The position numbers were made by a program, and so were the translations under genes. A model generated the notes under the pieces. That model searched no databases, was not told where the DNA came from, and was given only the letters and a program-made list of their open reading frames with translations. This document shows positions 61,440-64,000 of a stretch of DNA of 64,000 nt, piece by piece; the first letter of the stretch is position 1; every line of letters starts with the position of its first letter. The stretch covers positions 57,167 to 121,166 of the forward strand of contig CAVTSS010000009.1 of the NCBI GenBank assembly GCA_963737495.1, in the 5' to 3' direction. The stretch is from Terriglobia bacterium (GTDB lineage Bacteria; Acidobacteriota; Terriglobia; Bryobacterales; Bryobacteraceae).

Positions 61440-61827
61440 CCTCATCCTCTGGAGGCCGCGAAGCTGCATCCTTCTCCAGCAGTGCGCGCGCTGCCTCGAT
61501 AGGAATCAACGCCCGGCCGTCCGGTCCTGTATGCTCCACTCGACTGGTTTCTTTCCACCCGTTGCGGCACTTCAGCCAGAAATAGGTCGCCGAGGGCGGG
61601 TCGCCGGCCACTGCCATCTGATACGCTCTGTTTGCCACCGCTGCGTTGGCTTTAATCGCCGCCGTCTTCAGGTCCACGGCGAAATGCTTGCGCATGGTCT
61701 TCGGGTCTATCCCCGCGGTCCCAAGGCAGGTCGCGATCTGCTCATGGGTGAAGCCGGTGGCAGCCATCGATCGGACGGTGTTGCGGTCGGCTTCCGTCGG
61801 CTTGTACTTTGGCTGTCCGCGTGGCAT
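61417..61827 (-). CDS. terminase small subunit-like HTH protein
   Basis: MPRGQPKYKPTEADRNTVRSMAATGFTHEQIATCLG... lies directly upstream of, and overlaps, the large subunit gene. Confidence 0.55.
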   Translation of the reverse strand: MPRGQPKYKPTEADRNTVRSMAATGFTHEQIATCLGTAGIDPKTMRKHFAVDLKTAAIKANAAVANRAYQMAVAGDPPSATYFWLKCRNGWKETSRVEHTGPDGRALIPIEAARALLEKDAASRPPEDEDEKPIKK

Positions 61828-61869
61828 AGCTTTTTTATAGGCGGGAAGTATTCGCTTCGCCCGGAATCG

Positions 61870-62103
61870 TCAAGGACTTGGCCGCTCCCTTCTTAATCGA
61901 ACATTTCGCTTGGCTTTTGCTTGAAACAGAGCGATGAATGGCCCCTTCACGCTGCCGGGTTCGCCCTGGCGGCGTTTCTCGTTCTGGAGGATTCTCACCT
62001 CGGCGGACCAATCGGACAGTGCCATGCACAAGCCCGCGACATCGGCATGCCCAGAGAAGATCAGCGATTCGATTTCCGCAATCTCCCGGCGGCAACGTTC
62101 GAT
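61870..62103 (-). CDS. small ORF in the same frame as, and directly after, the methyltransferase TGA stop (no visible start codon)
   Basis: IERCRREIAEIESLIFSGHADVAGLCMALSDWSAEVRILQNEKRRQGEPGSVKGPFIALFQAKAKRNV... is more protein-like than the track ORF 61835..62107, which lies in another frame. Confidence 0.3.
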   Translation of the reverse strand: MERCRREIAEIESLIFSGHADVAGLCMALSDWSAEVRILQNEKRRQGEPGSVKGPFIALFQAKAKRNVRLRRERPSP

Positions 62104-63392
62104 TCACGCGGCGATCCCCGCTCTCTCGGTTTTCACCTGCTCGAATGTTCGGCCGTCCGCCTCGAGCGTGGCCTGCTTCCCGGTGAGTTGCTGCCAGCGC
62201 TCCACGATGACGTCAACGTACTTCGGATCAAGCTCCAGTCCGCAGCAGGTCCGCTCCGTGAGTTCGGCGGCCGCGAGCGTGGTGCCACTGCCAAGGAACG
62301 GGTCGTACACCAGCTCGTCGCGCCGGAGATGATTCAGGATCGGGCGCCTCATCAGCTCGACGGGTTTCTGAGTCGGGTGGTCCCATTTCTCTTCATCGGA
62401 GCCGCCCATGATGAATTTCGGTGACGGTGAGTCCCAGACGGTGGAATTTTCGCCGGCCTTGCCGAACCACGGAGCGTTCTTTTTTCGAGCGTAAACAGCG
62501 GGCTCATGGCCATACCAATAGTGCGTACGGGTGAGCACGGCTCGGCCCTTATTCCATATGATTTGTTGCGGATACAGAAAGCCAATTCGTAGGATTCCAT
62601 CGAGCACTTCCCGCGTGTAAATGCTGGCGTGCCACACGTACACGACTTGTAAGGAGGGCACGAGTTCGAAGGCTTCCGACCAGTCGGCACGCGTGTCGCC
62701 GGAAATCGAAGTCTCGGTGTGGCCCGCGGTCCGTTTTTTCATGTAACTCGGCTCGGCCGGCCCGCAGGAATTTAAGCCCGCTCGATCTCTCCATTCGCTA
62801 TCGAGGCTTATTCCGTACGGCGGATCAGTAACCATCAGCCGCGGCGTTCGTTCGCCGAGCAGCCGCGCCACCGCCTCCGGGCTGGTCGCATCGCCGCACA
62901 GCACGCGGTGCTCGCCGCAGAGCCACAGGTCGCCTGGCCGCGTGGCAGCGACGGCGGGAAGTGGCGGCGCTTGGTTTGCCCTTTCCTCATCCATCGGATC
63001 GCGCAGGAGCGTGTCGAGTTCATGGACATTGAAACCGGTGAGGCCAAGATCGAAGTCGAGCGCTCGCAGGTCCGCAAGCTCGGGGGCCAGGAGTCGAGGT
63101 CCCAAGTCGCCTCTTCGTGCGAGCGATTGTCCATCAATCGGTATGCGCGGATCTGCGCCGGCGTCAGCTTCTCGGCGACATGCACCGGCGCCTCGGTCCA
63201 GCCGAGTTGGAGCGCTGCGAGCCGGCGAACATGGCCCACGATAATCACACCGTGCTTGTCCACCACGATCGGCTGCTGCCAGCCGAACTCTTGCAGGGAG
63301 GCCGCGACCTTGTCGACCGCCCGCTGCGGGATCTTGCGCGCGTTTTTCTCATACGGAAAGATTTCGTGAAGTGGGCGGATCTCGATCTTCAT
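62104..63392 (-). pseudogene. ParB-like nuclease domain fused to N4/N6 DNA methyltransferase; frameshift near 63093
   Basis: ParB-N part from ATG 63392 (GGAGG RBS): MKIEIRPLHEIFPYEKNARKI...IVVGHVRRLAA...AYRLMDNRSHEEATWDLD. It continues in the frame of ORF 62104..63105 as LLAPELADLRALDFDLGLTGF...LMVTDPPYG. The join needs 1 nt restored (gacctc rather than gactc). Confidence 0.75.
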
Positions 63393-63629
63393 TGGGGCAC
63401 CTCCGGCGCGAGATGCGGCAAATTGCAATCGCTCGTTGAACATTCTCGGTCGGAAATGGTTCGAGGATGCCGCGACGTTCGCGCACGGGCGCGCCACGTC
63501 GCGTTCTTGGCGCCCGGCTGGCAGTGTCGGGGCACCTCTGGCGGAAGAAACGCGCTGTGCGCGTTTCATGCGAGGGTTCGCCGGCTGGTCGTTCTTCGTG
63601 GCGGCTGCGGCAGACCTGGGCGCAGCGTT

Positions 63630-63654
63630 GCACCTCCAAATGCACCTCCAAAAC
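63630..63654 (+). repeat. two tandem GCACCTCCAAA motifs near attR (candidate integrase arm sites)
   Basis: GCACCTCCAAA t GCACCTCCAAAAC, 76-100 nt inside attR, in the same orientation as the copy at 31541. Confidence 0.5.
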
Positions 63655-63729
63655 CCGCCGAGAAGCACGGGGAAACGCGACAAAAGAGGCTGAATTACAA
63701 CGGAAACTGAAAGGCTTACGGGGGAAGTG

Positions 63730-63775
63730 TCTGGTTCGTAGCCAGACGCTCTATCCAACTGAGCTACGGGCGCGC
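63730..63775. repeat. attR-like 46-bp direct repeat (orphan 5' half of tRNA-Arg)
   Basis: Identical to 31396-31441. There is no tRNA 3' half beside it. Confidence 0.85.
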
Positions 63776-63796
63776 AGGATTAGACTGAAAGACATT

Positions 63797-63988
63797 TTAA
63801 CACGCTCGTCGACCCGCCGCCTTCCGGAGAGCTGCGATTCGCGGAGCCCGGCTCTTCGGACTATCCAGCGAAAACGACCGCGCATCGCCCAGTTGCACGC
63901 GAACAAATTCCTCCATCCGCTTCACCGCGCGTTCCAGATCCTTGTTCTTGGCGACAAACGCCACCCACGCGATCGACTCCGTCTCCAT
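63797..63988 (-). CDS. hypothetical protein (ORF may extend beyond what the window shows)
   Basis: 63-codon ORF METESIAWVAFVAKNKDLERAVKRMEEFVRVQLG... just outside the element. Confidence 0.3.
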   Translation of the reverse strand: METESIAWVAFVAKNKDLERAVKRMEEFVRVQLGDARSFSLDSPKSRAPRIAALRKAAGRRAC

Positions 63989-64000
63989 GTCGTACTCCCA

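Larger units (their letters stand above)
31396..63775. mobile_element. about 32.4-kb integrated element (composite genomic island / cryptic prophage-like) in tRNA-Arg
   Basis: Bounded by the identical 46-bp repeat. An integrase, excisionase-like HTH and P4-type primase sit at the left end; DUF3489, terminase and ParB-methylase genes sit at the right end. Internally there is a second recombinase and an IS630 copy. Confidence 0.7.

Noticed and set aside
1-64000. CRISPR arrays, rRNA genes, tmRNA/RNase P, retron or DGR reverse transcriptases, and classical defence systems (RM with REase, Abi, CBASS, TA pairs).
   Set aside because: I saw no regularly spaced direct repeats with unique spacers, no rRNA-like segments, no reverse-transcriptase motifs, and no recognisable defence gene sets. 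The only methyltransferase is a phage-type ParB fusion without a partner endonuclease.

Overview
GC-rich bacterial chromosome segment. The gene families present (TIGR03437-type 'Solibacter C-terminal' domains, PEP-CTERM, acidobacterial VWA protein, ADOP/FtsX-type permease, ECF sigma + Ser/Thr kinase pair) point to Acidobacteriota, Solibacter/Bryobacter-like. Everything was done by eye: tRNAs were hand-folded and coordinates may be off by 1-3 nt. The window has four parts. (1) 0.3-17.5 kb holds a stress-type cluster: three stand-alone CBS-pair proteins, Hsp20, an HPF+cold-shock fusion, a nitroreductase, a CBS-archease-RtcB operon with a sigma54-like promoter, an MBL hydrolase and FtsH. Housekeeping and membrane genes follow (VWA, PolX, erythromycin-esterase-like, HdeD, rhomboid). 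(2) 18.1-22.2 kb is the most unusual feature: 31 tightly packed tRNA genes with 30 anticodons covering all 20 amino acids, with a second rtcB RNA-ligase gene embedded in the array. Many of these tRNAs are non-canonical (C33, a reduced D arm, Leu tRNAs without a long variable arm), and the array tRNA-Arg(ACG) differs strongly from the housekeeping tRNA-Arg(ACG) in the same window. (3) 22.5-31.3 kb carries accessory genes: a secreted beta-propeller, ECF sigma/NrsF, cytochrome P460, a chloroperoxidase-like hydrolase, a truncated MBL, a CadC/TPR regulator and a PEP-CTERM protein. It ends in an integrase remnant next to tRNA-Arg. (4) 31.4-63.8 kb is a ~32 kb integrated element bounded by a 46-bp direct repeat that copies the 5' half of tRNA-Arg. 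It contains an integrase, an excisionase-like HTH, a P4-type primase, a second recombinase, an IS630 copy, terminase genes and a ParB-methyltransferase. At least eight genes carry 1-nt frameshifts or a nonsense codon, several of them at short base runs. This means either consensus errors or real gene decay.
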